From NCBI GenBank assembly GCA_010015585.1, contig ML975155.1: a DNA stretch of 64,000 nucleotides. One strand, written 5' to 3'. Shown here piece after piece: positions 38,039-50,531 of this stretch. The position numbers and the translations under genes are program-made. The notes under the pieces were generated by a model that was not told where the DNA came from, searched no databases, and saw only the letters and a program-made list of their open reading frames with translations. Source of the DNA: Eremomyces bilateralis CBS 781.70. Its lineage: Eukaryota. Position 1 is the stretch's first letter; each line of letters starts with the position of its first letter.

Positions 38039-41000
38039 TCACCCGAACTTAAACCTCTTCCCCTCCAGACTCCCCAAACCCTCCCTCGGCGCCACGTTTC
38101 TTCTGCGATACGAGTTCGTGAAGTCCTGCAGCAGCGCCCGGATCCTCCTCACATCCCCGTCGCCGCCCGCCAACTTCTCCTCGATGCCCTTCATCAGCTT
38201 CGTCGCCTCCGCCTCACGAACGCTGCCCGCGGGGAGCAGCTGCAACGTCTTGGCCACCCACTGGCTCGCGGGCGCGGGGACGACCTGGAACAAGCCCAGC
38301 AGCACGCCAGACGCGTCGGGGATGCAGTCGCTGGGGAACGAGAACATCATCCCAATGAGCACGCGCTGCGTGAGGCCCTCGCCCAGGTTCGTGAGGATGT
38401 CGGCGACTTTCTGGCGCACTTCGGGGGGATTGACACGGTGCTCGTACGAGTCGTGGCCGAAGGAGAGGGTCGAGGTGGGGGGCTCGGCGCGGCCGTAGGC
38501 GAGGAAATCGCGGAGGCAGTGGAGGACGGCCATGATGGGTTCCATTTTGAGAAGGTTGAGGGCGTCAGAGGCGGCGGCGATGATGGTGGGCATGAGGGGA
38601 GAGGGGAGGACACGGTAGGTGTGGTAGAGTAAGACGTCGCTCGTGAGGCGGAAGAAGTCCTCGATGACTACGTAGAGGTTAGTATTCGTTCAGAAATCTG
38701 ATATGGTATCACTACATACCATCACCCATTTGCTCCCGACTCAGATCGCTCAAAGTTTGTAGGAAGGTCTTGGCTTGCGCTTCGTAGAATTGGAAGATGG
38801 CGTTGAGCGTGGCCTCGTCCACGTCGTCTTGTCCATCGCTAAACTCTCGAACGATAGCATCGGTGGCCCAGAGCAGCCCACTTTGCTTACTTGAAGCGAA
38901 GGCCGAGGATAGCTTGTTTGCAAGATCTGGAAGAAGCGGTGCCATTGCCGTTCGGTAGGAGAGGACCATCGATCTCCAACACCGGCATATTCGCTCGACG
39001 ATGGGGGAACATTCGACGAAGTTGTCCGCAATAGCAGCGAGGATCGGGAATATCTCCTGGCAATAGCGAACTGCCGGATGGGGTTGGCCGGGTTCAATAT
39101 AGGGGTGGACAATCTCGACGAAGATGCATATCAGCGCTAGTTTGTCTAGAGATTGTTAGGCACCGCGTTGGGATAAAATATGATCGGAGGACTGTACCTG
39201 CAAGGTGCGTTTTTTCCTTATCGGTGCTTGCGGTTTGCGCTAGCTCCATATAAGTCTTCATGAGAGGGTCACAGTAGAGTTTCATCGCCTCATAAATCTC
39301 GGTGGGTGGCAGCCTTCCGATGATCGCCGCGACACCTTCGGTGACTTCTTCCTGCGCGCTGTCGCTTAAACGAGGGAGGGCATTCTGGTAGAAAGGCTGT
39401 AGTTGAGGGACAAAGGGCTTCAATAAGTCCGCACAATCGGAGCAAAAGAACTTGAACGAGAGAGCTGCTGCGCGGCAAACCTCCACTGACTTGTTCTCAA
39501 ACGCTGCCATGATATAGTTCAATTGCGGCTCTAGGGTTTCGGGGTGCTGCGCAGTCCATTCCGTATAACGGCCCAGGGACATGACTGCTTGGAAGCGGAC
39601 CTTTTCGTGATCCGGAATTTGTACCAGGAGCGGCATCAAATGTGGGAGCACCTCATTCTCTTCGGGAGATACCATTCGGCCCATCGCACGGAAACTGAAC
39701 AATGGCGCCTCCAACTCTTGCCAATGCGGTACCTCCGTCGCTGTAGTTTTCGAGCCGTAGGTGGAAATCCACTGTTGGATCAGGATGAAAGACTTTTGCA
39801 GACACTCCGTGGCCCCGATGACCGAGCAGCAATCTTTCAGGACGTCGCCCATTTGATGTCTGAATTCTCGGAACTTGTCTTCTGCTTCCCGGTCGCCGTC
39901 GAACAGATCATCGTTCGAGGTGCCTTCCCCAGCAGGGTACTGGAGATGACTGATCATGATATCGACTAGGTTCGAATAGATATCGGAATACCCTCTGCGA
40001 GCCTCGTCGTACTTCTCCATGGTTAGGAGTTGTTTTAGCTCGTACCAGAAGATGAAAGTAGAATTGATCGCGTCCTTTTCGCGGTCGCGGACGGCGCATT
40101 CAAGAATGCATTCAACCAGTTCTCGGAACTCCTTTGGATGACGTGCAATGAGCACGACCCAATTTTCCCCTGCTTCTGCAAATACTCGAGTAATGCCTTT
40201 CATAAGCTCTCCGTCCTCTTGATCGGCTGCGAGTTTGATTTTCGGTTTTAGTTTGACCGTGCGGGGAAACAGGATGTTGATGACATCTAGGCTCGCATCC
40301 ACATCCTTCGTTTCCCTGAATATGGAGCAAATACACTCGACGGCTTGGTCAAATGCTTCGCTGTTTTCCTCGTCCTCCAGCGATGCGAACACGGTCTCGA
40401 GAAGAGGGGAGTTGGCAATATCGAGAATCGGGACTTCCATGGACCAAGATGTAATGCATTCCATAAGCTGTGGATTTCTGGCGGCGGATTCTGTTTGCAC
40501 GTATTAGATAGACTACAGAGGCAGATTCGAGAACTTACTGGAGGATTGCGCATAGCTGGAGAGCAATTCAAGGACGTGGGACGCATTGTTTTCCAGGAGC
40601 TCCTTGGTCCGCTGGTCCAATTCTTCTTCCTGTACCACAATCCAAAGATTAGACAAGCTTTAAAGACCACAGTGATGTACAATAGGAACAGATCGGCCGA
40701 CGGCTGACTGAGGGGGACCATTTCACACGGGTATCGATCGGCGACGTACTGAGAGGTTGACTTTGCGGCCTTCCGTAACTTCTTCCGGAAGCACATGGAG
40801 GAACTCCAGAACACATGGTATGCTTTCCTGGTCCTTTCCTAGGCTGTTAATCACCAACGGCAGAACGTCCTTCCATTCCGTCATCTGGATAGCGAGGTTC
40901 GCTAAACAGACGCATAGCAGCGTTCGAATAGGCTTCGGTCCAGCCCGGTAGCCGACAAGAGCTTGTAACAACGAGTCGCGGAGTGACGGAAGGGTGTCGC

Positions 41001-41359
41001 GGGGAATCTGATGTATATCGTAGACAATCTGTGTGGGGTTAGTTTTCATCCTCCTCCAGCATATTTCAACATCTCTACCTTTCCCTTCAACGTGACCGCT
41101 GCGAACATCTTCGCTTGGACCGAGATATCGGCATTTTGCAGGATAGAGAAAGCCGTGTTCCATGCATCTTGCTGTGAATGACAACTGTTAGTGGATGCTT
41201 CTGGATTTTGCGCTGATGGGTATTCCCCAGACGCACCGTTTTCTGGAACTGGTCGAGAAATTCGTGAGCCTGGCCTTTCTCCGCCCTGTCGGCATTGGTC
41301 TGAAGGGTGTCAACGGCCGACAGGATAGGCACGAGGTCTTCGGGTGCCGCGAGGGCCAT
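38039..41359 (-). CDS. MTR10: Importin-beta-family karyopherin Mtr10 / transportin-SR, multi-exon
   Basis: KGQAHEFLDQFQK, LCVCLANLAIQM, LEFLHVLPEEV, FREFRHQMGDVLKDCC, WQELEAPLF, LGRYTEW, ALLQDFTNSYRRRNVAPR. The ORFs are separated by GT..AG introns. Confidence 0.93.
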
Positions 41360-42163
41360 ATTGAGATAGCACGGCGCAAATAGGGCGGGAAATCTGGATG
41401 ACGTGAAAGGATTATGCGGGACGTCAGGTCGTATGCGGGGCTCGGGGCATTAGAGAATGAGGGGAGTTGACGTCGGTCGGTAAATGCCTCTACAGGGATG
41501 CAAGAGGAACAGGAAGATGGATTAGTTGGTTTGGAGGTGATCGGAAAGGAATAGATGGTAAAGACCGAAATATCAGATCGCGGCTGTGTAGAGCGGAGCT
41601 TGAGGTGGTGCTGTGACAACAGCACACAAAGAGAGTGGGGCTTGGCACCATCAATTGCGTGTGGCCTTGTTCATGATTTAGAGTAAATCTTGAGATAATG
41701 GCAATTTTAAAAGGTTACAGCACAAGGTTTGCATTCCATTATTATCTCAATACTCCCTTTCTGAGCTATCTGTGTTTTAGATTGCTTGTCGTGGACTTCA
41801 TCATGAACAACCACCATCGTCATACGAGTTCTGACCTAAACAAGGGAGCAGGCGCAAAGGTGATCGGAATTTCTTTGGCGCCGATATCTGAGAACCAGTC
41901 ACGTGATCCCACCACCCTGAGCTTCGACCACTCTGCGTCCACAAAACTTCACGACAGGGCTACAGCACTCCAGCTTTCACCTGCTTGATACTTCAGCACC
42001 ACAAGACACGGGACAAAAGTACCCCATCAAACCAAGGAAACACTGACTCTACAGGAGCTACTTCCTGCAACAAATCATCCGAAAGCCCGTCTTTGATTGA
42101 CAATCCACCTTGAAACGAACAACCAACTGAGCTCTATCGATCGATCCTTCAGAGTCCCCGAAC

Positions 42164-42550
42164 ATGTCTGGCAGAGGAGGAGGCAGAGGCAAGGTCCTCT
42201 TACCACCCATCAATTTTATCTTTCGCCTGCTTCAGCAACAGAGCCCCGTCTCAATATGGCTATTCGAGCAACTGCAGATCAGGATAGAGGGCAAGATCAG
42301 GGTATGCTGTACTCTACACACTGTGGAAACTAAAGCAGTTGTTGACCGCTAGATTAGGGATTCGATGAGTTTATGAATCTCGTCATTGACGACGCGGTGG
42401 AGGTGAAGCTGGCGACAAAAAATCAAGAGGAGACGAAGCGGCCTTTGGGTAAGTCTAATAGTATGCTTGATTGCGCGTATACTAATGCTCATGAAAGGTC
42501 AAATCCTGTTGAAAGGAGACAACGTATCACTTATCCAGATGGTACAATGA
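42164..42550 (+). CDS. SME1: Small nuclear ribonucleoprotein E, 3 exons
   Basis: The spliced product reads PPINFIFRLLQ..IWLFEQ..RIEGKIRGFDEFMNLVIDDAVEV..LGQILLKGDNVSLIQ. Confidence 0.95.
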
Positions 42551-42689
42551 TCCCTTGTTGAACGAATGCGCCCCTGCATGTGGAGTTTGGGAGAACAATT
42601 TCGCGAACGACTCTTTTTGGACGACCATCATGAACCGGTCGGGAATGGTCATCGGGAAGCAAACGGGTGGAGAGACATTGAACCACGAG

Positions 42690-43527
42690 CTATTTATCAG
42701 CTCGCAGCACGGTTCCGTCGCCTTGGATCAAGGCATCGACTCTCCAGTCGGTAGGACCCATCGGAACCTGCTCGTCTTGGCCCAAGATTTGCTCATTTAG
42801 CGATAGCGCGGCTACCGACGCGATTAGCGAGTCGCCTCAGGCGTCGGAAGACAAGACGGGTGGGAGAGATGCTCACCAAGAAATGGCATCCCTTTCGAAA
42901 CCAATCCTTTCTGTGAATGCTCCGCGTATCGTTGCAAGAAGTAGTCATAGTATCCTTTCCCGTGACCGAGCCGGCCAAAGCTCAGATCGAATCCCATTCC
43001 CGGCATGACCAGGAGATCCAGCCCTGCATCGTCGGCTTTCTCGTCCGGATGCTCTTCCGAGAGCCCTGATACGCCGAAGCAGTTCTTGCGGTGCGGGATG
43101 GAGTCTTTAGGAATCGTCGGAATACCCCAGTTGTCCGGCTTCAATGCGCGGAAATCGTCCAGCGACTTCAGCTCCAACATGTCCATGATCGAAGTAGGAA
43201 TGCCGGGCTCCGGCTTTGACCTCTTGTAGATGCACGGCACGAACACCTTCTTGCCATCTAAGAAGGAATGTTCAAGAATCTGGGTGGTTACTATTTCATT
43301 TGCCGGCATGGACAAGTAAATGGATATCCGCCGCGCATCCCGATATTCCGGGAGTGACATCAGTTTCTCTGATGCTGTTTTTGCTGTCCAGCACGTTAGA
43401 TACAGTATGCAAATCAATGCTGCAATTGAAACGGACATTGCGACAGGATTTGCTCTCTTGTCAATTGCTTTAGGACGCTATTTAGGCGCGTCCTGAACTC
43501 TTTCTTGGTGATTTTCAGGCTCGCCAT
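42690..43527 (-). CDS. FAU1: 5-formyltetrahydrofolate cyclo-ligase, 3 exons (alternative start 43551)
   Basis: ISIYLSMP..EI, KKVFVP, WGIP, LDLLVMPGMGFD..RLGHGKGYYD; the final exon reads LSLNEQI..VPMGPTDWRVD. Confidence 0.92.
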
Positions 43528-44042
43528 TTCGCCCTCTGGACCCAGAGCCATCAAGTGGCTGGTATGTAATGTAGACTTTCGGCAACTCGCGGAACTATGG
43601 TTAAGATTCTAGCGATATTGATGCCTTTAGATTGATGTTCTCTGCATTGACAAGATCGTGAACTCGCACTTCTTTGTATAGTGTCCTGTCACCAGTTCAT
43701 GGCCTTCTCGTACGGAATACTATGAGCAGGTAGTCATGATCGACGCCAAGACCAGTCGTTCAAAGGAGCCACTTGCAGGGAACAGAAGAAAGTGCGACCT
43801 GCCCCAGTCCTTGTTTCCATTTCTTAGTGTCCTCCCTAAATGCGTGACACCATCATCGCCCCTCGACGACGGCCAACTTTTATCACACTCGTTACAAGCC
43901 TTTACACACCTTGAAATACACGCTCGTTAAATATTGAAACCTTCCACCTGACCTTCAAACGTCCGGAGACACATGAGCATCTTCTAGCGACCCGAGTCGC
44001 GAACCTGGATCCTGCAACTACTCCTCCGTCCTTACGATCAAC

Positions 44043-45035
44043 ATGCTTCTCCCGATAGGAACCACGCTCCTTGCATTCGCCAGCGTGATTTCAGCGCAGA
44101 TAACCGATCCAAATCTAACGGGGACATGGTCGAGTAAAGCGAAAACAGTGTTTACTGGTCCGGTAAGTATGGTTCTGGCGACACCAGAAATCCGTTGGCT
44201 CGAAACCAAGGACAGGACAAAGACTGACTATGACCAAGAGTTTCTACGATCCGGTCGGCGAGAGATTGATCGAACCGAAACACCCGGGCATTTCCTATTC
44301 CTTTTCCGACGATGGACATTACGAGGTGGCTTATTATCGGGCAATCCCAAACCGTACGTTTATCGAACCTCCATTTTGCTAGGGATCGTGTCCCTGGCGT
44401 TGACATCGAGCTTCCGAGAAGACCACATCCACGCGATCCGGGTGTTGCTTACGAATCGAGGACTAACAGACTTATAGCTGTGCAACCGAAATGTCCCAAG
44501 GGGATTATGCAGTGGCAACATGGGACATGGACGAAATACGAGAACGGCTCCCTCGTCTTGACGCCGCTAGCCATCGACGGAAGACAATTGCTCTCAAACC
44601 CCTGCAAGTACGAACACGCAATCTACACTCGATATAACCAGAGTGAATTATTCGAGGTACGTGGTCCCTGGCAGATCCAGATCGCAAGCCCATACTGATC
44701 AAGGTATCTTCCAGCGCTACGAAGTTCGAACGGACCCATATCACAACGTTATGCGGTTAAACCTCTTCCAATTCGATGGCTCGCCTCTCATGCCTCTCTA
44801 CCAGGAGTACACATCACCCCTGATGCTCCCCGTCCAGACCCTCAATCCCACCTCCACCTCCACAGGGGCAGGAACGCAAAAGACGGGAAGCAAGTTCAGG
44901 CGGTCAGTGGGCGATGAGAGGGTCTTCCAGAATCCCGTTCTTCCGAGGCAGAACCAAATGTCGTTGGCTGACAAATGGTGGTGGATTGGTGTGGGAATGA
45001 CGGGGCTTGGAGGGGTGCTGTACTTGTGTTTCTAA
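44043..45035 (+). CDS. ROT1: ER chaperone Rot1, 4 exons
   Basis: Signal peptide, LTGTWSSK..VFTGP, FYDPV..GISYSFSDDGHYE, QWQHG, DGRQLLS, LMLPVQTLNP and a C-terminal TM. Confidence 0.92.
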
Positions 45036-45320
45036 TGGCGCGAACGATTTGTATAAAAGAAGCGCTAGTTGTCATTCCTACTCGGCGTACTGACATGCGT
45101 TGTTATGTGGCGTTTCAGGACTTACACAGGCGGTTTTGGAACCGTTGCATGGCCAGGATTTCGCATTCTGGTGCTGGTGTCTGGGAATAATATTGGAGGC
45201 CTTTTCCCAATGCATTTGAATTCTGTCCTCGGATTACAAAACGGTTGTTATGATCATTTTATGTCACCCATCCTCCTCATCCTCGCCTCAAATGACCGCT
45301 TACTTGCTTCCACATCCCGT

Positions 45321-45758
45321 TCAGTCATCCAACTTATATAGCGGCTCCAATTTCTTCCCATCCACTACATCCTGCCGCAGATCATCCACGTTCACCTCCG
45401 CCAAGCACCTCATATTGACGGCCCGAATATTCGGATACATGTCGGGATCCACGCTCTGCGAGATCACGAACGTGCCGCAGGTCGGGCAGAACCGATGCGC
45501 GATGTTCTTCTTCGCGAACTGGTACGGGGTCATCCCGTCCGGGCCGCCCTTCGTGAACGTCACGGCGGCGTGGTCCACGTAGATGAATCGAAGGCCCTGG
45601 AGGTGGCAGATGCTGCAGTTGCAGTGGGTGACGCCGGTGTTTTCGGGTTTGGGGCCGGCGCCGAGAGGGGGGGAGACGGTCACGGTGAAGCGGTGGGCGC
45701 CACAGTGACAATGGCCGGAGTAGGTTTGGGAGGGTTGGTCTTCGGTAGTGGTGGACAT
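45321..45758 (-). CDS. GFA / CENP-V / Mss4-like zinc-binding protein
   Basis: YSGHCHCGA, CNCSIC, HRFCPTCG, AVNMRCL. Confidence 0.9.
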   Translation of the reverse strand: MSTTTEDQPSQTYSGHCHCGAHRFTVTVSPPLGAGPKPENTGVTHCNCSICHLQGLRFIYVDHAAVTFTKGGPDGMTPYQFAKKNIAHRFCPTCGTFVISQSVDPDMYPNIRAVNMRCLAEVNVDDLRQDVVDGKKLEPLYKLDD

Positions 45759-47081
45759 GATGAGGGAGAGGATGCAGATAGAAAAATCCTTCTGGGATGT
45801 TGCTGGGAGTTTGGTGGGACTGGACAGGAGAAGTAATTGCTTGATCGGATGTTTGAACAGCTCGGAGATGGATGACAGGTGAAAGAAGTGAATTGTCTGA
45901 CACACGAATGGAGATATGCCTGTCCTTTAAGTACTTGGTGCCTATCCCCTCCTTGGAAGTAATTGCTTCTAACCTTTTTCACCTTAACGTTTACTGTAAC
46001 GTTCACCCTAACGTTATCAACACGTTGGCGCCCCCATTCCTCATCCTCACCGCTGATCGGCTCTCCTATGCCTTCCGTCTCCGAAATGGAAATCCTGTAC
46101 AACAATCATATGCAATCCGACTCAATAGTGTTGCGCCATGCATCTAAAATAAGGCGGACTCCTCCTATCAACAGGCATGGGCCCCTAGGATCACACGAGG
46201 GGAAACTTGGCTAGTGACGCGTTTCTCGGTATTTGAGACGCGTCTGGTGGGGTCGAAGCATCTCCGGAACGCGAAGTCAGGTGCGGGGAGAACGCAATTG
46301 CGAGAGAAGTTCCTTTGCCATTTCCCACAGGCCACACTTCCTTTTCAAGTTGCAACAACAATTGTTTGGCTCTTACTCCGTATTGGTAATGTGTATCCAT
46401 AGCGATCTTGTCCTGTGCCGCTCAATGAGATTTGCCTAATGAGGTACTATCAACTATGCATGTCTCGAATCTGGAGATGTACGAGTCTTAACGGATACCA
46501 GGGAGATTCCCATTCCCGTCCATGGAATCCCACCCTGAACTTGAGCGTTGTCATCCGTCTAGTCCAAGCCGTCCTGATTGCCCTGTTCCTGAAGTACTGT
46601 TCATGCTCCAATTCCGAGTCCGAGTCCGTTCCAACATCAATGATTGGAGAGTTGGCGCATTGGACATTCGTATCGGACTAATCAGAGTGGGGCTCCTTCA
46701 GGCCTCAGGGGGCGTACTATACCGCATATGTTCTAGGTCACCAATCTTATAAATACCACTCGCTGCTCAAGACTGGATCGACCAGTTGGATTGTCGTATT
46801 CCAAGCACTAATCTCATGGGTTCTACAGCTAGGGATGTGTAAAGTGGGAAAACTAAGGACTTTACCGTAAAGTAGCCTTAGATTTCTTTCTGGAAAAGGA
46901 TTTTCATACATCTTACATTACACATCCCTAGATCTATCTACTAGACGAGCAGAGTATGATTGGGAATGTCAACTCAATGTCTGCTTGGCTAGAACCTTGG
47001 TGAGTACCGATGGTTCCTAGGCCCTGAACACAATGATCATCACCCTTTGCTCGACTTGAGGTAGAAAATTTATCCATTGAA

Positions 47082-48258
47082 TCAACGCTGAGGGCCATCA
47101 TTTCCAAAATTACTGATAAATACCACTAACACTGCGCAATATGCCGCAGAAGCAGCAAACAGCTCATGACGACGCGCCTTCGTGAGCAAAGACATCGCCG
47201 CCGAGAAAAGAAGAGTGAAGACAATCAGAACGCCCACAGCATCGATTGTGGATGACTTCTTTCGCATCGAAGTCATTTGATACAGCGCTACGACTGGAAG
47301 GACCAACAGAATGAGAATTATGACGGTGATAATGATGCCAACGAACTTTTCCACGCGGGATGCGGAGTAGTAGTTGACATGTTTGTCATTCGTCTTCTCT
47401 CGTAGCTCCCGGGTGCAGAATATATGCTGTACAATTTAGTCAAGGTCTATATAGCATTTATGGGGCCTTCACTTACCCGAATCAATTTGCAGTTCAGTCG
47501 TCGAATCATTGACTCCACGTACCCATCGAAACCGGACCACTCACGACCTTGGCGAGTCGTGATAATGTCTTCTTTCCGCTTGATGAATTCCTGCTCTCGT
47601 TCAACCAGTGGCTGGAGGTTATAAATCCACGCCCGAACGCTTCTATAATTTCTTTGAGACGGGATTTGAAATGAAGTCAGCTCGCGAGATTTGATCATCA
47701 TATCGTCATATTCTACTAATTTGGTGCGGATGTCCCTCAGGATGTCCTGTCGAGTACGCTCCTCTTTCTCTCGATCAGCAGCCGCAACATCCGCACCCCG
47801 TGATATCAGACGCCTATTAGAGCCGTCAGTCTCGGAATGGATTTCATCGATGTCATCGAGCTCCTGCTCCAATGCAACGATTTCCGACTGAAGCTCGAGA
47901 AGCACGCGCGCGTGCAGATACCCGAAGCCACGATACAGGGAGAAGTTTGGCTCTGAAGCAAGGAACGCTGCCAGTCTCGGATACCCATTCGGACAGTCTT
48001 CAAGACTTCGCGTTATGGTATCGTCAACATCTGGGTCCATAAGTCGTGGGCCAAACATGCGTGCAAGCCATCCCCCTAATCAGTCTGTCAGTGCCGTCGA
48101 GACATATCATTGGGGTGATCAATACTTTTGTCTTTACTTGAGCCGGTTTCGCAGTCATAATCGCTGCTGTGCTCCGAACTCCCCACTTTCTTCAGACTAA
48201 AACCAGAGTCTTGTGTAGTTGGACTCAGTGTATCCACTTGCTTTTCAATTTCAGCCAT
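47082..48258 (-). CDS. DUF6594-like membrane protein, 358 aa, 3 C-terminal TM helices (exons 48258-48126, 48075-47477, 47426-47082)
   Basis: GYPRLAAFLAS..F..YRGFGYLHARVLLELQSEIVALEQELD, a coiled segment, three hydrophobic helices, and ARRHELFAASAAYCAVLVVFISN. Both introns keep frame. The family name is from recalled motifs. Confidence 0.85.
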
Positions 48259-48615
48259 GATCCTGCACGGGAACTATTTTTATTCAACTCGACATAAACG
48301 AAATAATGTCATTTCCAATGCTATCTATACAGTCTAAATACGGTATGAACACTTAATGGAGGAACAGATCACGAAACCCGTCCAATTTTCCGACCTTTCG
48401 ACCTACCTCGCCCTTCATGTGCAGCCTTCCGGTCAGTACAGATTCAATGTAACACTGCGGCGAGGCTGCGTACATTTGCCGCTCCAAGAGTGGTGTTGCG
48501 CTACTCTCGAATCTTCACCCTTACTTCAATATTTTCATCGCTCCAGCCACTCATTCCTGTTTCATCGCAGCTGAGGCAATCTATCTTGCAAGACAGAGTA
48601 GGCGCAGCAGATCTC

Positions 48616-49072
48616 CTAACCGCTGAAGTGTCGCACCTTCTTTTCCGGAAACCAACTAGAACCGGTCACCCTCTCTTTCAGCTCCTGGTGGGTCTGATTA
48701 TCCTTCAGTGTGTATTGCCAACATTTGCTGCCATTGCTGTATCTCCGGTCGGTCACTATGCAGGTCCGCAGCGAAGCCGTCGTCGACGTGTCGGACCGTT
48801 CGACCGCCCGAGTATGCACGGTATCGTCAATCTCAAACTCCGCGCGTGACTATATCGTATCAGTCAATGTAATCCCAAGGCCAACGTGCTTGCAATTGTC
48901 TTCAACACACTTTTCTCTTCGAGTCGGTCTTTAAAACATCGGATTTCAGAACTTGGCTCTCCTCATTTTCATTCCATGGATGCTCGATGTCATAGGTCAC
49001 TGTAACTCCTTCAATCGGCTGGAACCTGACGTTGTCGACCATCGGCCGATATGACTGTTGTCCTTCCTGCAT
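48616..49072 (-). CDS. Small (~131 aa) protein with a C-terminal SH3/Tudor-like beta-barrel pattern (exons 49072-48911, 48849-48616); start uncertain
   Basis: A phase-0 intron GTGTGT..CTGAT..TAG (48910-48850) joins two ORFs in frame. The C-terminus reads AEFEIDDTVH..TCIVTDRR..WQYTLKD..SSWFPEKKV. Confidence 0.55.
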
Positions 49073-50531
49073 CGCCTCGGATCCGATCGGGAGAGTCGCC
49101 TTGAAGCGAGGCGATTTAAATGAGGCTGTCTTAGGCGTACTCGGGGTCAGAGCTTTTGGATGCACTATTAGAAACGAAAATGAAGCGAACTCTGAGGTTT
49201 CCTACTGCGAAAGGCTATTACATTGCCGATTTATACAATAAGGCTCTGTGATTGCAGCCTAGTTTGTTGACGGCCTCTTCAGCAGGCGACTCATGCTGCT
49301 CCAAACCCAACCCTTTGAATCTACTCGGCACCAGGTCATGTGGGATGGGGCTGTGAGGACGACTCGCACTGCAGCAGAAGGATTGCACCAGTTCGTAAAA
49401 GGCTCCCTCCACAATCGGTAATCCATCAATCACATCTATATTACCCGGCGCTGCAAGTGAGCGCCATGGGGTTCATGCAAATTCCTAAGCATCATGGCCA
49501 ATGTTCAGCCTGTTGTCCGCGTTGTTGGTGGCTGCGAGAAGGCTTGGGGAAATTGGTAGTGAATACCTTTACCTTCCCTTGTTTGGACCAATCACTTCCT
49601 GGGGTGTTAATTCTATCGATTCTTTGCTATGATCAACCTCAAATGCCAGACTATCGCTATGGCTATTCAGTGGAGAGTTTCCACGCCTTATCCAAACCCC
49701 AAACGCCGCAGCTAGGCAAGTAAAACGAATAGGAAGGTCTGTCATGGTGTCAGCAGCAATACTTGTTGTGTTGAAACTTTTAGCTCGGTGATGTATCCTG
49801 AGGGGGCTTATAATCATGTGAACTTATGGACCTACCCTGCCAGTGCCGGACAAACTAATAGAGTAGTGACAGCTCCGTTCTTCCCATCATGCCAATATAT
49901 CCAAGTGATGTAACAAAGGTGGAGAGGAGAGGAGAAACAGTGCTTCAGATATTTATTCCTGCTGGTACTCTTTAATTTCCCTTGAAATGATACCCCCCTT
50001 CAAATGCCTGGGAGGATTCCAGTTATCCAATGCTTCTGGTTGTGACTTGTGAGACCGCAGGCAGGGCTATGCGGCGGCCTGGTCCTAGGAACTCCACAGC
50101 CTTGCCACCTCCGATCTCCCAGTTCTCCCTCCACACCCCAACCAATTACGCATATTCTAGGCAATTCTTTGGTTTGGAGCTCTATGGTTCGTGTTGGTGA
50201 GGAGGCTTGGGTGGTTATGCCTGTCACTGTGCACCCCTCCATCACTGACACCCCTGGCTTTCTTTGCGTTTGATGTGGGAGATGGTTTTGCCTTTTTCGT
50301 CTTCAATCTAACCCATTGTTCTGCACTATGTTGGTTATATTTGGCTGGATCTCTACTACTCTTATGTATTGTTGTACCATGTAACCGTTGAGTTATTCTG
50401 ATGCTCTGCTGTGCGGTCGGCTTTTCTAAAGGAGTACAATCCCCAAACCTGGGCGAACTAGAACGTCCTTGAGGTGCATTTTTATTTCTAAACTCAGAGC
50501 CAATCACTGATATCAAAGGGTTCTCAACATC

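Noticed and set aside
38039..42550. MTR10 and SME1 head-to-head as a functional RNP-import cluster
   Set aside because: Divergent housekeeping pairs are common in this window (SRP102/CoA-binding, FAU1/ROT1); there is no evidence beyond adjacency.
46640..46730. Purine tract resembling an LTR-retrotransposon PPT/LTR junction
   Set aside because: No paired LTRs or gag/pol remnants could be identified.
48616..49817. Gasdermin (RCD-1/HET-Q1-like) next to the protease
   Set aside because: The translated fragments are too short and show no recognisable gasdermin beta-strand pattern.
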